Shown one piece after another: positions 47,160-61,571 of a DNA stretch of 64,000 nt. Positions within the stretch are counted from its first letter, which is position 1. Every line of letters begins with the position of its first letter. Below the pieces are notes generated by a model, which did no database searches, was not told the DNA's origin, and saw only the letters and a list, made by a program, of their open reading frames with translations. This DNA comes from Lytechinus pictus. Taxonomy: Eukaryota. The stretch covers positions 9,240,001 to 9,304,000 of the forward strand of contig NC_087251.1 of assembly GCF_037042905.1 (NCBI RefSeq). The letters are read 5' to 3'. The translations under genes were made by a program, and so were the position numbers.

Positions 47160-50100
47160 GTACTCTAACACTCTTGAATTCGCGCTCTTCCGGAATCAAC
47201 TTAATTCGAATTCGGATTCTTTGTATAAACAACTGATATTGAGTTTAATTTTTTACTAGCACTTGATTTGACACAAGCAACAGTACTCCCGGCTGTCAAG
47301 TGAAAATACAACTTTTGACTTGCTTTTAGCAAGGTACTTACCAAAACAGAACAGCGTTGATTCCAGAGTAAATGACGAATGTGTATTCTAGCGAAGATTG
47401 TGATAACAAGAAAGTGGGCTAGTGATGACTCTTTGGTGAAAGGTACCGGTAGATAAAGCTTTCAAGTTGGATTCAGTTTCACTTTATATCGGGCAGATGT
47501 TTGTGTTGTGCAAGTTCATGGTAAAAGAGTACGCCTGTGTTAAACCATGGTAAGATATAATCACGAAGGCTAATGGAGAGCCAAAATACATCATGATGAT
47601 CTCCGAAGAAGAATTCAGGGATTTTATATTACTTTGAAGAAAACAACATCTTAGGTCAAAGCATCTGATCGATCAGCAAACCATGTGCATTATGACTGCC
47701 CTCGAAGCACAGAATGAGTGTGTAAGTGAGTGTGTGAGCTAAGCCGTGATAAGCGAGATGCGACGATCTGTTGCTATATTAAATGACTGTGTTGTCGCTT
47801 AGGGGCAAAGCATCGACAGTCACATCACTTTGCACCCATTTCACTTCAATCAAGAACTAAATCCACATGGGACTGATCTTGTTATCGGTTTGCTGTTTTG
47901 TGATTGATTTTTTTTTATATCCAAGACAGTAAATATCGCCTCTATTTTTTGTTCTTTCTCTCCCCCTTTCTTTTCTCTATCTATCTTCCTCTGTGTTCGC
48001 CATTCTCCCATTGCTTTGATATTGGAACCATAATACGGCCCCTCCCTCTTTCCCACGTTTCTCACTCTTCTTTGCAGGTATTGTTGGTGAGTATTGGTGA
48101 TTGGCTGTTTGCTTCTCTAACCGACTGCCCTATAATCATGCTTAATTAAGAATACTTCAAATTAGAAGTCTTTTAGGAGGCTTGAAGACGTAGCATTAAA
48201 ACATGCAAATAGGGATTTTTACGAGCGAAATGATGGGAGTAAAAGGTAGATAGTGAAAAGGGGAATAATTATTTGAGTATTGATAGAGCTCATGTTGATT
48301 TGATTATAGTTTAACATCATTGTGCATGCTCAATTATTTGGAACCATGTTTGGGAAAAAACACATTGATGACAACCAAACCAAAGAGATAAACTTGTAAC
48401 ATGAAATAAATAAATTATAATCTTAGAATTAACATTCACTCAATGATGAGACAGAATGATGATCGCTTTAAAAAAAGCTTAATATTCAAAGGATTTCAGG
48501 CAACCTTTTTCACGACTTTCTCACGTGATTTCTTGGAAGCACTGAATAACGACACACCATTACTTTGTGTACAGGGGCGGCATCAGCATATTTAGAAAGA
48601 GGGAGGCAAGATGACGAACAGATGAAGGCATTTTTCTGTTTAGAAAAATGCCAAGAAATATATGTTTTGCAATTATATGATTTCTTTCCGCCCCCCCCCC
48701 CTCCTCAGTATTCAAATGTTTCACACCCTCGTCCCACGTAGCCCCAACCGTATTTGGATAGTCTAGAGTCTCTTAATTTTACTTAAAAATAAATTAGATA
48801 TTTTATTATTGTACAATTAAATAAACAGAAATATGCAGCAACTCGGAGAATTCTTAATTTCTAATTGTTTATCGATAAACGTGAAGAACGAACAAACAAT
48901 TAAGATTTCTAACCAGGGTTATCACCGCCCAAGGAGTAATATTTGTGATGATAATTTAAAGAGTGTAATTTAAATTTAAGACTACGTAGTTTTCAGAAGG
49001 AACAAAAGTGGATTGACGCTTGTTTATCGTAAACGGAGAGTTTTGGTTAAATGTTCACATCTACGACAGATCAAAGATTAAATCTCTGGTATAGCGCATA
49101 GAGATTCTGGCGAATATTATGCCCTAAATAAGCATCTATTATTGGATTACACTGTCCTTGGCCTAGATGGTTCCTCAGAGATATTATAAGGGAGTGGATT
49201 TAACAGGATGAGAGGTGTGGGTGTGGATCCTCTGGGGAGTGTTTCATGAAAGGACTTTACCCGACAGTTACCATAGTAACAGTGCTTCTCAGCCAATCAA
49301 AACAAAGAAAAGTTGTCAGACAAAATGTTGATGAAATGCTTCTCTGGTCTGCAATCATCGCCATTATAGAGTAAAAATTAAGTTTCAAACAAATTAACGC
49401 ACGCGTGTGGGGTGCCTGTGCACGTTTGAAGGAGAGAGTGGTAAGCTAGCTTTATTTATTTATTCATTTATTTATTTATTTATTTATTTATGCATTTATT
49501 TATTTATCTATCTATTTATTCATTTATTGCAAATCTTTATCCAGAGTAGCATGTTCAGTTCAATACAAAAAATAGATATATTGCGTAAATATGTACAATC
49601 AAAATGTTGATTAAAAAATAATTGGTCTTCCACAGGGCTCTGCATTATTATCTCCATACACAATATATTAAAGATATGATTTATAACACGAAGAAAGAAA
49701 AAATTATTAGAAGAATCATCACAACAAAACAAAAGAATACACTCAGTATCAATATAATACTCAGAATGAGAAAGCAAAAGAAAAATGGTAGGGGAGAGAG
49801 AAAGAGGGAGGGAGATTGGGGAGGCAGAGAGAGGGGCAGAGAGAATGGGAGAGAGAGAGAGACAGTTGAGGAGTGAAGGAAAATTATAGCTGTAAAGATG
49901 AGGATGCGAGTTTGTACGTACATGCGTGTTTAAAGATGAGCCATTATCGAAGTTTCTTGTTCTTTAATTAATACTTTTGTTTCTTTATCGTTTTAAACTT
50001 GCTCCAAGAAAACAGAAATCTTTGTGTAAAAGGGAATAGCATAATAGCTGAGCAAAATTTGAACTACGTCCTTACAACTCCTTTCTATCCCTTTCAACTA

Positions 50101-50669
50101 CCAAATAACAGATTAATAAAAACTTTATTTAGCAGGGGTTATCTTTCGCGAATTTGTTTAAAATTATCGGAGGTGAAACAATTATTTTATAATCATCGCC
50201 CTTTCTTCAATAGGATCACAGTGAATCGCTTTGATGACGTCTTCTTGGCAATTGTCGTCTCAGGGATATGTATTTGTTGTCCAAGGATTCGTTGAACCCA
50301 TGTACGGTGAAGCGAAATCCTTCATCGAAAAACTGTGTAGGAGTGTATCTCATAATCGCTATGAATATAAACAGACCATAATATTTTGCGAAATCGTAAT
50401 CCCTTCAAAAGCTAAGATTGTGAAATGAGAACAAGATCCACGTGTCACATCTGCGTGAATTACCTTTCTCATGGGTTGGTGCTTTGTCGTATGAGGGTGT
50501 TCTAACTCACCGCTCAATGTCTGTCTAGATTGTGTCGATTCGTATTGAAGTCAAGAATTATAAACTTATTATCGTTCACTTTTATCGTCCTACCCTACAC
50601 TTTTCACATAATTTTATGTATGTCCTGTGCACCCCTTTCTTTTTCCTACCACTCTATTATCATGATTAC

Positions 50670-50748
50670 CACGACTGCTGCTACAACTACACGTACTACT
50701 ATTATTATAGACTAGGCCTACTAATATACTACTATACTACTACTACTA

Positions 50749-50783
<35 letters not shown>

Positions 50784-50825
50784 ACACTACTACCACCACT
50801 ACTACCACTACTACTACTACTACTA

Positions 50826-50857
<32 letters not shown>

Positions 50858-51045
50858 ACACTACTACCACCACTACTACCACTACTACTACTACTACTAC
50901 TGCTTTTACTACTGCTACTACTAACACTACTACCACCACTACTTCTACTACTACTACTACTATTGCAGCTGCTGCTTCTGCTACTACTGTAATGCTGCTG
51001 CTGCTATACTACTCCTATGCTGCTGCTGCTATTTCTACTTCTATC
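50670..51045. repeat. (CTA)n/(CTG)n compound microsatellite
   Basis: Direct inspection. Confidence 0.95.
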
Positions 51046-52528
51046 CCTGCTCCTGTCGGGTGAGATGACATAAATTAGTTTATCGATTAGTTTATAAATC
51101 AGTTTAAGCAAGTTAGATATATATAAAAAAAAAAGGATGAATAACGAAATGGTGTACGCTTTAATTACATGATGCACCCTCTTTTCATAATCCCCGTTTT
51201 TCCTTTTTTAACACACTCTCTCTCTCTCATCTGTTTGTCTTTTTTTTTTCATCTCTTGAAAGATATCATACAGGGATCTGAAAATTTCAGGATATAATAT
51301 TTGTTTGTAGCTTGGATATCCAATCCCTAAAATTGTAGGATAAATGTTCTAGGGAATAAGGGCCCTTTTCAAACGCTAATATAAAAATCCCCGATAGCCT
51401 GGGGCACTAAATAATTCTGTTTGATTCGAATATTATTATTTTTAAAGAATCGGTGGTTCAAAAGAAAAGGATTAAAAGGCAACTAACAGTTTTTCAGATT
51501 GAAATTTTAGATAATCGATTATAATTCGCATTATTCATCCTTTACCAAAGTTAAAGACAAGCTAATTCAGGCTAATTCAGTTAATTCGGGCTGAAAATAA
51601 TAGGACTTGAGAAAAATCAAACAAACAAATCTAAAAAAATTGATCAAAATCGTACAATGAATAAAGAAGTAATTACTTTATAAATTTTATGTCATTTCGG
51701 TGAAAAAATGTATGCATGTGTCCATGGATATTCAATGAGCAATTAATGATGTCATATCCCCACTTGTTCTTCTTTATTTTCTTATAAGAAATTATGTTTA
51801 CTCAAATTTTGTCCTTCAAGAATTAATCAACCTCGGCCCCCAAAATTGATTTTATTTAACGCATTTATTAAAATATAACTGTTCTAAGGCACGATTTATG
51901 ACAGGTTCAGCATGATAAACGGTTTCCAGTTGTAGGACACCCCTTGTATCATTATCATTTATCTCTCTTTCAAGCATTCATGATGAATAATGCATGATTG
52001 ATGAATGCCCGGATGAAGGCCGTTGTCAGTGGTGTATGTCTGTGTCGCGTGACTGTGTGTACCCATTCGCGGCCAAACTTTGCCACCGAGAGGCGTTTAC
52101 TCTCGTGTTGAAGGATTCCAATATCTAACGTGGAGTAATAATGACGACGTGAAACTTCTTCTGCCGGGATTACCGAAAATGGATTACCGATAGAATAGAG
52201 GAGATTGGATTTACAAGAAAATAATAAAAGGAAATAATTAATTTGATGACGGGGGTTGCGATTTATATCATTAAAAATACTTCAAATAAATATCAATGCA
52301 TGCAGCATCTATAGCTATAGGGATTTAGTCTTTTTGTTTGTGAAAGGGTGTATTCGTGCTTATGGTAAATTGAAGGTTTCATCCGATTGACAAATCTTTA
52401 TAATTGATGTCTTTGCATCATCCTAGAGACATTGGTAGTTCAAACACGATTTCAATGACTCTCAAGATTACTTTGCTCTCATTAGTTTTCTTGTGATATT
52501 GCTTAGCAGTTGAGGTTTCTTTATTTAA

Positions 52529-53126
52529 AGGTCAAGTCCACTCCAACAAAGAGTTGATTTGAATAAAAAGAGAAAAATCCAACAAGCATTATGCTGAAAA
52601 TTTCATCAAAATCGGATGTAAAATAAGGAAGTTATGACATTTTAAAGTTTCGCTTATTTTTCACAAAACAGTGATATTCACAACTCAGTGACATGCAAAT
52701 GAGACAGTCGATGATATCCCTCACTCACTATTTCTTTTGTTTTTTATTGTTTGAATTATACAATATTTAATTTTTTTTACAGATTTTACAATGAGGACCA
52801 ACTTGATTGAACCATATAGTATTAAACAATACTCATTTACATGTCCAGGGAGGAATTAATCGTTGTTTCATAAAACAACAGGAAGAAATTTGGAATATTT
52901 CATAGTTCACATAATAAAATACAAAATAAAGATAGTGAGTGATGTCATCAGTCTCCTCATTTGCATACCGACAAGGATGTGAAACTGTTTTGTGAAATTA
53001 AGCGAAACTTTAAAATGTCATAACTTTCTTATTTTACATCCGGTTTTGATGAAATTTTCAGTGTTATGCTATTTGGATTTTTCTCTTTTTATTCGACTCA
53101 ACTTTTTGTTGGGGTGGACTTGTCCT
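52529..53126. mobile_element. Kolobok-like MITE, copy 2
   Basis: TTAA|aggtcaagtccac...gtggacttgtcct|TTAA with long inverted arms (catcaaaatcggatgtaaaataag / cttattttacatccggttttgatg). Confidence 0.88.
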
Positions 53127-53209
53127 TTAATCAACGAAGGACTTTGGTGGTAATGCAGGTGGCCAAATGTCCTTCAACGGCAAGATCTCTTTTCTACTAT
53201 CTAACTTAA

Positions 53210-53786
53210 AGGTAAAGTCCACCCCAGCACAATGTTGATTTTAATAAAATAGAGAAAATCAAACTAGCCTAGTGCTGAAAAATCATCAAAATCGGATGTA
53301 AAATAAGAAAGTTGTGACATTTTAAATTCTCGTTTATTTATCACAAAACAGTGATATGCACAACTCAGTAACATGCAAATGAGACAGACGATGATGTCCC
53401 TCACTCACCATTTCTTTTGTTTTTCGTTTTTCTTTTTTTTACAAATTTTACAATAAGGACCAAGTTGAGTGAACAATATAAACAATGCTAATTCCACATG
53501 TTCAGGGTGGAATTAATTGTTTCACTTGAAAATTACGAGAAAATGAGAATGTTTCATATTTCATATAATAAAATACAAAAGAAATAGTAAGTGGATGACG
53601 TCATCAGTCTCCTCGTTTGCATACCGACCAGGATGTGCATATAACTGTTTTGTGAAATTAAGTGAGACTTTAAAATGTCATAACTGTCTTATTTTACATC
53701 CGATTATAATAAAATTTTTAGTGTTATGCTTATTGGATTTTTTTTTTATTATTCAAATCAACATTTCGTTGGGGTGGACTCGCCCT
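53210..53786. mobile_element. Kolobok-like MITE, copy 3
   Basis: TTAA|aggtaaagtccacccca...tggggtggactcgccct|TTAA. Confidence 0.88.
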
Positions 53787-54689
53787 TTAACAATGAATGC
53801 AAACGCGAGTCGAAAATTTCAATATAGTGACATGAAAAGGGACATTTGTAGGAAATCATGAAAACGATATCTTTAATGAAATAAGCCTATATAAGAATGG
53901 AAGATTTTGAAATTCAGACCTACAAACGAGATATTTCAAGCACTTTTTATAGTCACGAACAGGATCCCTTTTCACTAAATACTGAAAGGTCAAAAGTCAA
54001 GCAGAAATATATATTGTCAACAAAACAGGATATTTTAAGCGCCATTTCATCTTCTTGAAAATGACATGCATGTATCTCATTGTGCCATTGGCGAGCTCGT
54101 TTATGATTACAGCGCGTTCTTTACTAAATTCCTTATGGTCATTATTTATGGAAATGGTAAAACATGGGCAAAAATCAATTTGTCGAACGAGTTTCTGTTG
54201 AAGTGACTAAGGAGATCAGGAGGATAATTTTTTCGGTTTAAAACTTTATTGTTTAAGTAAAAGGAGCGTCAAAATTTCGGAACTCACAGTTTATAAACGT
54301 GTGTTAAAATAGGGATGGGTGGTGTATTCAAACTTTTTTCAAAGACGGCCCGAAAGCCCCCGGATTGTTCCTTTTAATCATTTTCTTTAATTACTTGCAG
54401 CTTGCCTGTCGTAGCCAATCATGTGCAACCTTTCCCTTTCCATTTTAACAGATTTTTTCCTCTTTTATTGACCCAATGAGGCAAAATTGTCATGGAAGCA
54501 GCCAGGGATTTAGATCGATGAGAGCTATATTTCTGACATGAAAATTTATATATAGACCACTGAGTGAACGGAAGAAAAGCTACCGCATGACAATTAAAAC
54601 ATTTTTTGGTTGCTTTCCTCACATATCAGCAAATAATTATTCTCATATTTGCAAAATTCAAACCACTGCAAGATCCCCACTTCCCACTT

Positions 54690-54919
54690 CACTGCAAAAA
54701 CTCCGGTGTTGATTTACCACTAGCCCGGAATGTATTATGTCCACACCAGAGAAGTGTTAAACACCAGTTTGGTTTGGTCTAACACCAGATAGGTATTTAT
54801 ACAACACCAATTAGTATTAAAATAGCATCGGTTTGATTCCAAACTGGTGTTGTTTCAGTAATTCTCTGGTGTGGACATAGATTCCGGGCTGGTAAATCAA
54901 CACTGGATTTTTTGCAGTG
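54690..54919. mobile_element. Same CACTGC MITE family, copy 2, in opposite orientation
   Basis: tt|cactgcaaaaa...ttttttgcagtg|tt; the core is the reverse complement of about 35190-35265. Confidence 0.82.
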
Positions 54920-57900
54920 TTCATAAGACATGCGATAATAATATATACACTGTACACACATTATTCAACCCAAAATGAACTAAAAAACAGACCAATAATA
55001 AATTAACTAAGTTTTGTATTAACATTTAATGTATACACATATTAAGCCACAGCTGTCTTTAAATGTGCATGAGAAAATCTTCAGAATACACACAATTTGA
55101 CATAACTTTTACGTGATATTCTGACAATTAAAATATAGACATTTAAAAATAACAAAATTATAATACTAGGATTTTAATTTAATGACCTCAATATTCATTT
55201 TTCTTTTCAATCGTAAAAGAAATGATAGCAAATCCAATGATTATTAAGACAACCGTCTCGTTCAGACATGGGTTCTTGGTCAGAGTAAAATTTTATTTCA
55301 TATACATTATCATTTTTTTTACATGTCGGAGTTTGTCTTGTGATTGCTTGGGTCGTGATAAGATGAATATCATTGGAATTCCAATCCATGCTCAATAGAA
55401 TTTTACTCCGACTACGAACCCACGTCTGAACAGGTTTCCAACACGGGCACTGCCCCGACCTTTCCACCGACCAAAACGGCCTACGTCTGAACGAGGCTGA
55501 TCTTTTGAGAAGACTTATGAAAAAAGGGTGTATTTTATTTTGTTTTCATTCTCAATGTATGAACGTATTTGCTGATTTAATAAAACAAGACTTGATTATA
55601 GGATGAACCACCACATTTCGCTCTTTTATGCAGCTTCTTGCTATTATAAAAAACATTTTATAATCCCTGTTTTTCCTTCACATATAGTATTGTTGAAAAA
55701 AACAGTGCAACAAACAAACTCAACATCTTAATCTCAAGATTTTCAAGGCAAAGATATTTTTTAAATAAAAAACTGCAATTACAACAGACAATCCCCCTAA
55801 ACTTTAAGATTTTTAATTTTAGGTTTTAATCAAAATGTATTTTAGTGATTAATTTTTAATGGGTCCTTCTCTAATACAATAATAAAAACTTTGAAAGACA
55901 AAGTATTGGATTTTATAGGGATGAATTATATCAAGTTGTACTTGTAAACCTACTTGACTCTCTTAAGGGGGAGGGGGATATAGAATATTTTGTATGGAAA
56001 TGGAGTCTCAAAGCACTTGATTGAAGACAGTATAGTAAATCATCCAAGACTACCAGACTAAGGATTGCGTTTTCTTGATGAGATTGAAGGGTCACTTCTT
56101 TTTATTCTTTATGAAATTATAAAATCCTAAAGCACAGTCTGGAAAATTCACAAAGACTGTTACCTCATATTTCATGCTTCGCATCTTGTACCTATTAGTT
56201 TGACCCAATAAACACAAATTAATTATTTACTTCATAAAATTGAGAGTTCAATTTTCTGCTAGACACATGTCTATATCTTTTTGAATAAGAATGTAACCAC
56301 AATATTACTGACCTCAGTTACTTGATTTTTTTTTACTCATTTTTTGTGGTAAAAAGAGGATGTCCGACTCTTAGTAAGTTTCTCACTGTCACTCAAAAAC
56401 ATTTAACAGAAAAGAACCATTATGGTTATTTTGAAAGTGAAATGAAACATCTCATAGGCCTCAATATACATTAAAGAGAAATTTAGAGGCATTTTTTTGT
56501 GAAAATGATGAGTTTGGTGTATTTGAGGTAATATTACAACATTTGAAATCTCCAAGAAGCTCTTTAAGCAGGAAAAAATATGTTTGAGAGAACCAGAAGA
56601 GAAATTAAACACCAGCCAGAGCCAACACTCTGATGGCATGGTAAACTCCACAAGCATTTATTCAATTAGTAATTAAGTCAGACACAACTTTCTAAATTGA
56701 TTCCTCACCACGTCTGGAATATAAATTCACCTTCATCCTAACTCTGCCTGAGCTGCTGAATATCAAACAAAAATTTAAGCTGGGAAAATTGTGAAAGGAC
56801 CTTGCACAAAAAGGTGCTGAATTTTCTAACCTTGGCACAATCAATGAATTAAAGTGTTGAATTCAACGCTCAGAATATATAAAAGTGTTTTGCTTGGCAG
56901 AGAATTTCATTTATCAATTCTATACTCCACTTTCATACCATCTCAGCAAGTCAAAATCAAGCCAAAATCCTTACACTTACATGTTAAATTTCAATTGAAA
57001 CATAACATTCAATAGGTTGCAGTAAAAGTGCTCTCTGCAAACTTCAGGGTAGCATCTTTGATAACATTTATCTGCTAATCAAAACTTCTAATACATTTAC
57101 CTTTAAAACCCTCAGGCAAATTCATGAAAATATATGACCCAAGGATAGGGAATTGAAGAATCGTCCAGACAGGTTACAACAGTAGGTATTATTCATTTGA
57201 ATGATTTCTCACAGTGAGTCAAACAGTTTACTTTCAACAAAAATTTGAGTTGAAAATTTAAAGATTATGGTACTTTAAAGTTCTGCATACATTAGAATAA
57301 ACTTTTTTTTTCTATTAAAGAAACCAATTATTATTATCAAATCTGGAGAGAAAAATCATCAATCAGTATGTAAATCTAACTTTGAATATTTTAGCGAGCA
57401 TGGAAATCATAAGGACCGTGGTATTGTTTCAAATCTCTGATATTTTCCAGTCAAATGTAATTCTTGTTATTCTTCAACTACTTAAAACAACATCGTATTA
57501 AGATTTATCTCTTCAAATACATTAATATTCCAGGTATCAAAATATCATTGATATGGGAACCAATTTTCCTTCATATAGAAATCATAAATACCTTCCCAAG
57601 ATGTTCCAAAATAATATCAAAGATGAAGAAAAAGTACATCCATAAATAATGGTGAGAAGAAAACTGTTGATTTGTGCACTTTGTGGGAGGGTAGGATAAT
57701 TTGATTTAAAATAGAAATCATTGGTATGTATGGCTGAAGGTTGCTAGATTTCTTCTGTTCAAATTCTATTAGAACATTACATATATTCCCATTTGATGTG
57801 GAGATCAATTGCCTGATTCCATTTGATATCCGGGTCGTTACATGATCATGGTATGGTTGCTTAAGAAAGGAGACACAATGTTGAAGTTTGATACAAATTC

Positions 57901-58200
57901 TAGGTCTGGTCGACAGAGAAGACATAAATTTTAAGAGGAAAAAAATGACATGAATCTTTTACAGCTCATGTGCTCTCCTAAGAATAGCAATTTAAGGTTT
58001 GAAGAGCAGCATCACAACATCTTTCCATTTATAAATTGATCCCGACACTTAAGCCCCCATCCTCTATTTAATATATTGCATGCAAAGGCATGTGATGTTG
58101 CACATATCCAATGCCAAGGGATAAGACTGCTAGCTTTGTATTTGCCTAAGCCATGGCTTCCATCACATCTTGACTCATGTACAAAAACAGAAATCCTTAA

Positions 58201-58615
58201 AGGCCACCGCACACCTTACGACTGGTCGGCGACTCGATTTCAGAATAAAATGTAGTAGCATTTGATGCCAATATTGAGACTTGGAATATCTTACTGTGTA
58301 ATGTTCTAAATCATCGTACGAATACCTATGTTCAAATCTGTGACTATGCTATCATCCTCCTTAGAATAAAAGCGAATTCAATATCTAGTCGTAATTACGT
58401 CATAGAAGTCGTACGATTGACTTCGATTTGAAACTAATTTGGCCTTTACTAAAAAATAAAAGCTTGCAATCTTTCAAAATGGTTATATTAGTATTCTTTC
58501 AATTGATTTCAACCTCAAATAAAATGATATGTTCCATTCACATTTTCAGAAAATAAGCAAAATGCGATTTGTTCCAAAATCGGGTCGCGAACAGTCGTAA
58601 GGTGTGCGGTGGCCT
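58201..58615. mobile_element. MITE with perfect 23-bp TIR (PIF/Harbinger- or Kolobok-like)
   Basis: aggccaccgcacaccttacgact ... agtcgtaaggtgtgcggtggcct; flanks TTAA / TTAG. Confidence 0.85.
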
Positions 58616-59339
58616 TTAGACGTTGGCTAGAGATTGGCAATGTCACAGGTGAGTTTGCAATATATGTCATGTACTGCTTCAGAACATTACCCTATTACAG
58701 CAATCAGAAATTGAGAACTGTGCCCTTGAGATAAGTTGATTATGATGACATTGATCACTGAATCATGAAGGTAGGCTTGATGAGGCTGGTAACTTGCTGG
58801 CAAACTTTCTTTCACTGTTAAAAAAAAAAGAAATATCAAACATAATTGACAGTCTTTATCAACATCAAGCAATTGTACCAAAAAACTCACATGGAACTTT
58901 GTTGTATGTAATTCTTGATTGTAACAAATACCCTGGGAATTCAATTAAAAAAAAAACACTCTTTGTATTTCAGGCCTTGTTTTATCATAATTTTGACAAG
59001 GTCTTGTATAGAGAGTCATTTTACAAAGGCTTTGTAATAAGTGCATTTCATAATACATGTGATACCAACGTTTCCTCTAGTCCTAAAGCAAACGCAGTGA
59101 GTGAGACTTGTATAAAATAAGAAACATTTCACTGAATGATGAACTTTAAATGCAAGGAAGAAAGATTAATCAGTAGTACTACTTGTAAGTGAGATTCCAG
59201 GAAAGTGGTTTGTAATCACTTTGGAAGTGAAACATTGAGATTAATGTATGGTGTTGAGTACACTGTATTAATTAGACCAATCTCTCAGGATTAACACAAA
59301 AGAGTGCATGAATTGCAAATTCAAATATTGTATCCCAAA

Positions 59340-61080
59340 TACTCTTAGTTTTTATTAGTCAAGCGGGGGCAAAGATTTGTCAGTAATTTGGCAGTAAAAA
59401 TTCGTCACGCCATTATGACGATCACTTTATGCCAATTGACAAATCATTTTATAGTTTGACAAATTAAAAAATCAGGAAACACTAATTTACGTCTCTACGT
59501 TACGAATGTAAATCCTGCTTTGACAAACTACTTTAACTGACGAATCCAACAAGCACGAATTGACAAATGGATATTGTCAGTCCGATTGTACACGACAAAT
59601 CTTATCAGACTTGACAAATTGAGGGACGAATTTAGACATACAATACGAATTTTGGAAGGAAAGTTTTTGACAAATTTAAAACGGGTTTCCTTATCTTAAA
59701 AGATTTGTCAAAATTCACATCGTGCGCATGCGCCCTGGAGATCGAGAGCAATTTTTTTGGTATCGCCATTCGATCGCAAACTCTCGCTTCCCTCACTGCA
59801 CAGTCTCCAGGCCCGGCACTTCAGATCCTACCTGCAGTGACATCGACGTAGAACATCTGTGTGCACAACTTAATTTTTAATTGTCACACAAATACAGAGC
59901 TGTATAGACCTAACTGTTGCACATGTAGACTGTACTAGGCTGTAAGTTCTCTATCGCCTGGCGCTGGCCGCTTACGGTCTGTAGCCAGGCCGGCATATAG
60001 CCATAGCATAGGCCTACCGGTACCGGTAGCACTAACGTTAGGCTCTAACCACTGTATGCAATAGCAATACACACAGGTTTTTTTTTTAATTGTAAATAGG
60101 CCTAGCTCTAGATCTAACGTTAGTATGCAAGGAAGTTTGATGTTCTGAGTCTGACCCCTTTCTATCGTGGTCTGATGCCGTCAGACTAACAACAGTTAGG
60201 CCTAGTCTAGCTTCATCTTTTTCTATGTAGACTAGATCTAACGTTAGACTCCTATCTAACATTTTAGATCTATATCTAACTTTAGGTCTAGCGTTAGACT
60301 AGTCTACATAATTAGAACTCTAACTTAGTGATGTAGATCTACTAGATCTAACGTTAGACCTAACATTAAAATCTAACTTAGATCTAATAGAATCTAACGT
60401 AGATCTACTAGTTAAAACTTAAAGTTCCACTTCATTAGTTACCCACTCGTATTCGTAACTAGAGGTCTATACCTAAGACTAGAGTTAGGCTAGGTCCTAG
60501 TCTGTGTGGAGTGTAGGCCTAGATCTAGATCTAGATCTCTATCTTTTTTTTTTTTTTGATAGAGTCTAGAATTCTAGGTTAGATCTAGATAAGTTAGAAT
60601 CTAGTCTTGCATTTCGGATCACACACATTATTAAGTAATCTAGATCTAGAGTTCTAACTTACATATGCAACAGTTAGGTTTATACAGCTCTAGTGTAACT
60701 GTCAATATTTGTGTGACAATAAGTTGTGCATGCCATGACAACTCTGTTGTCAGCGACATGAACGATTCGTCATGCAGTGGTTTTCCGTGCAGTGCTACAT
60801 GACAAATTAATTTTCATACATTACAAATTAATTTCCATGCATGACAAACTGATATTTTAGCATGACGAATCAAAATGAAAATTCGTCAAATAAGACCACT
60901 TTTCATTACGAATTCAAATTTGTCTAATGACAAATCTTTTTCCATAAATGCTTGACGAATTCAATTTGTCAAGGAAATCTGCTTGCATGACAAATTTATT
61001 TGACAAATTCAAAGTTTGTCAAATAAGACCATGTTTTGACGATTTTTTTTTGGTCAATTGACTAGGTATTTTTAAGAGTG
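59340..61080. mobile_element. Non-autonomous CACT-terminus (EnSpm/CACTA-like) element with subterminal GAC(A/G)AAT repeats
   Basis: Ends (t)actctta...tagtcaa and ttgactag...taagagtg; many gacaaat/gacgaat/atttgtc motifs in both arms; inner inverted pair at 59881-59927 and 60660-60719. Confidence 0.7.
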
Positions 61081-61571
61081 CTCAATTGGTAGAATACTAA
61101 ATAGTGCTCATCTCCTTCTGGTCAATGTAGTGATATACAGAACATCACCCAAGCTGTCAAGGTCAAAGACTTCAAAGTTGTTATCTTAACTTCTATCCAG
61201 AGTTTCAAAATATCACACAATTAGGTTATACTCAGTATTCACAATTGATAATGAGTTTATTATTAAGGATCATGACTCCTATACTTGGACCAAGTTTGAA
61301 GTTGAATTACTTCATGGTTTTTAAGTTCTCATAAGAACAAAAGAAAATCTGGGATGACCCCAATCATAATGCCTCCAGCAAACTTTGACAGTGAACGGAA
61401 CCATAAAACCATAAATATCAATTACTCTAAAAGGTTTAATAGGATTAGGCGGCATTTAGGCCTATACAGTAATTTGAAGTATGGATTACAATTTAATTAC
61501 TATATACATATAAAAAATGATGGGGCAAGTCAAGCAAGTCATACTTGCGACAGTAAAAAAGTTACATTATA

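Noticed and set aside
41300..52000. Additional host exons in the long intergenic stretch
   Set aside because: Only short AT-rich ORFs with no coherent splice chain or protein motif. Small or non-coding exons cannot be excluded without RNA data.
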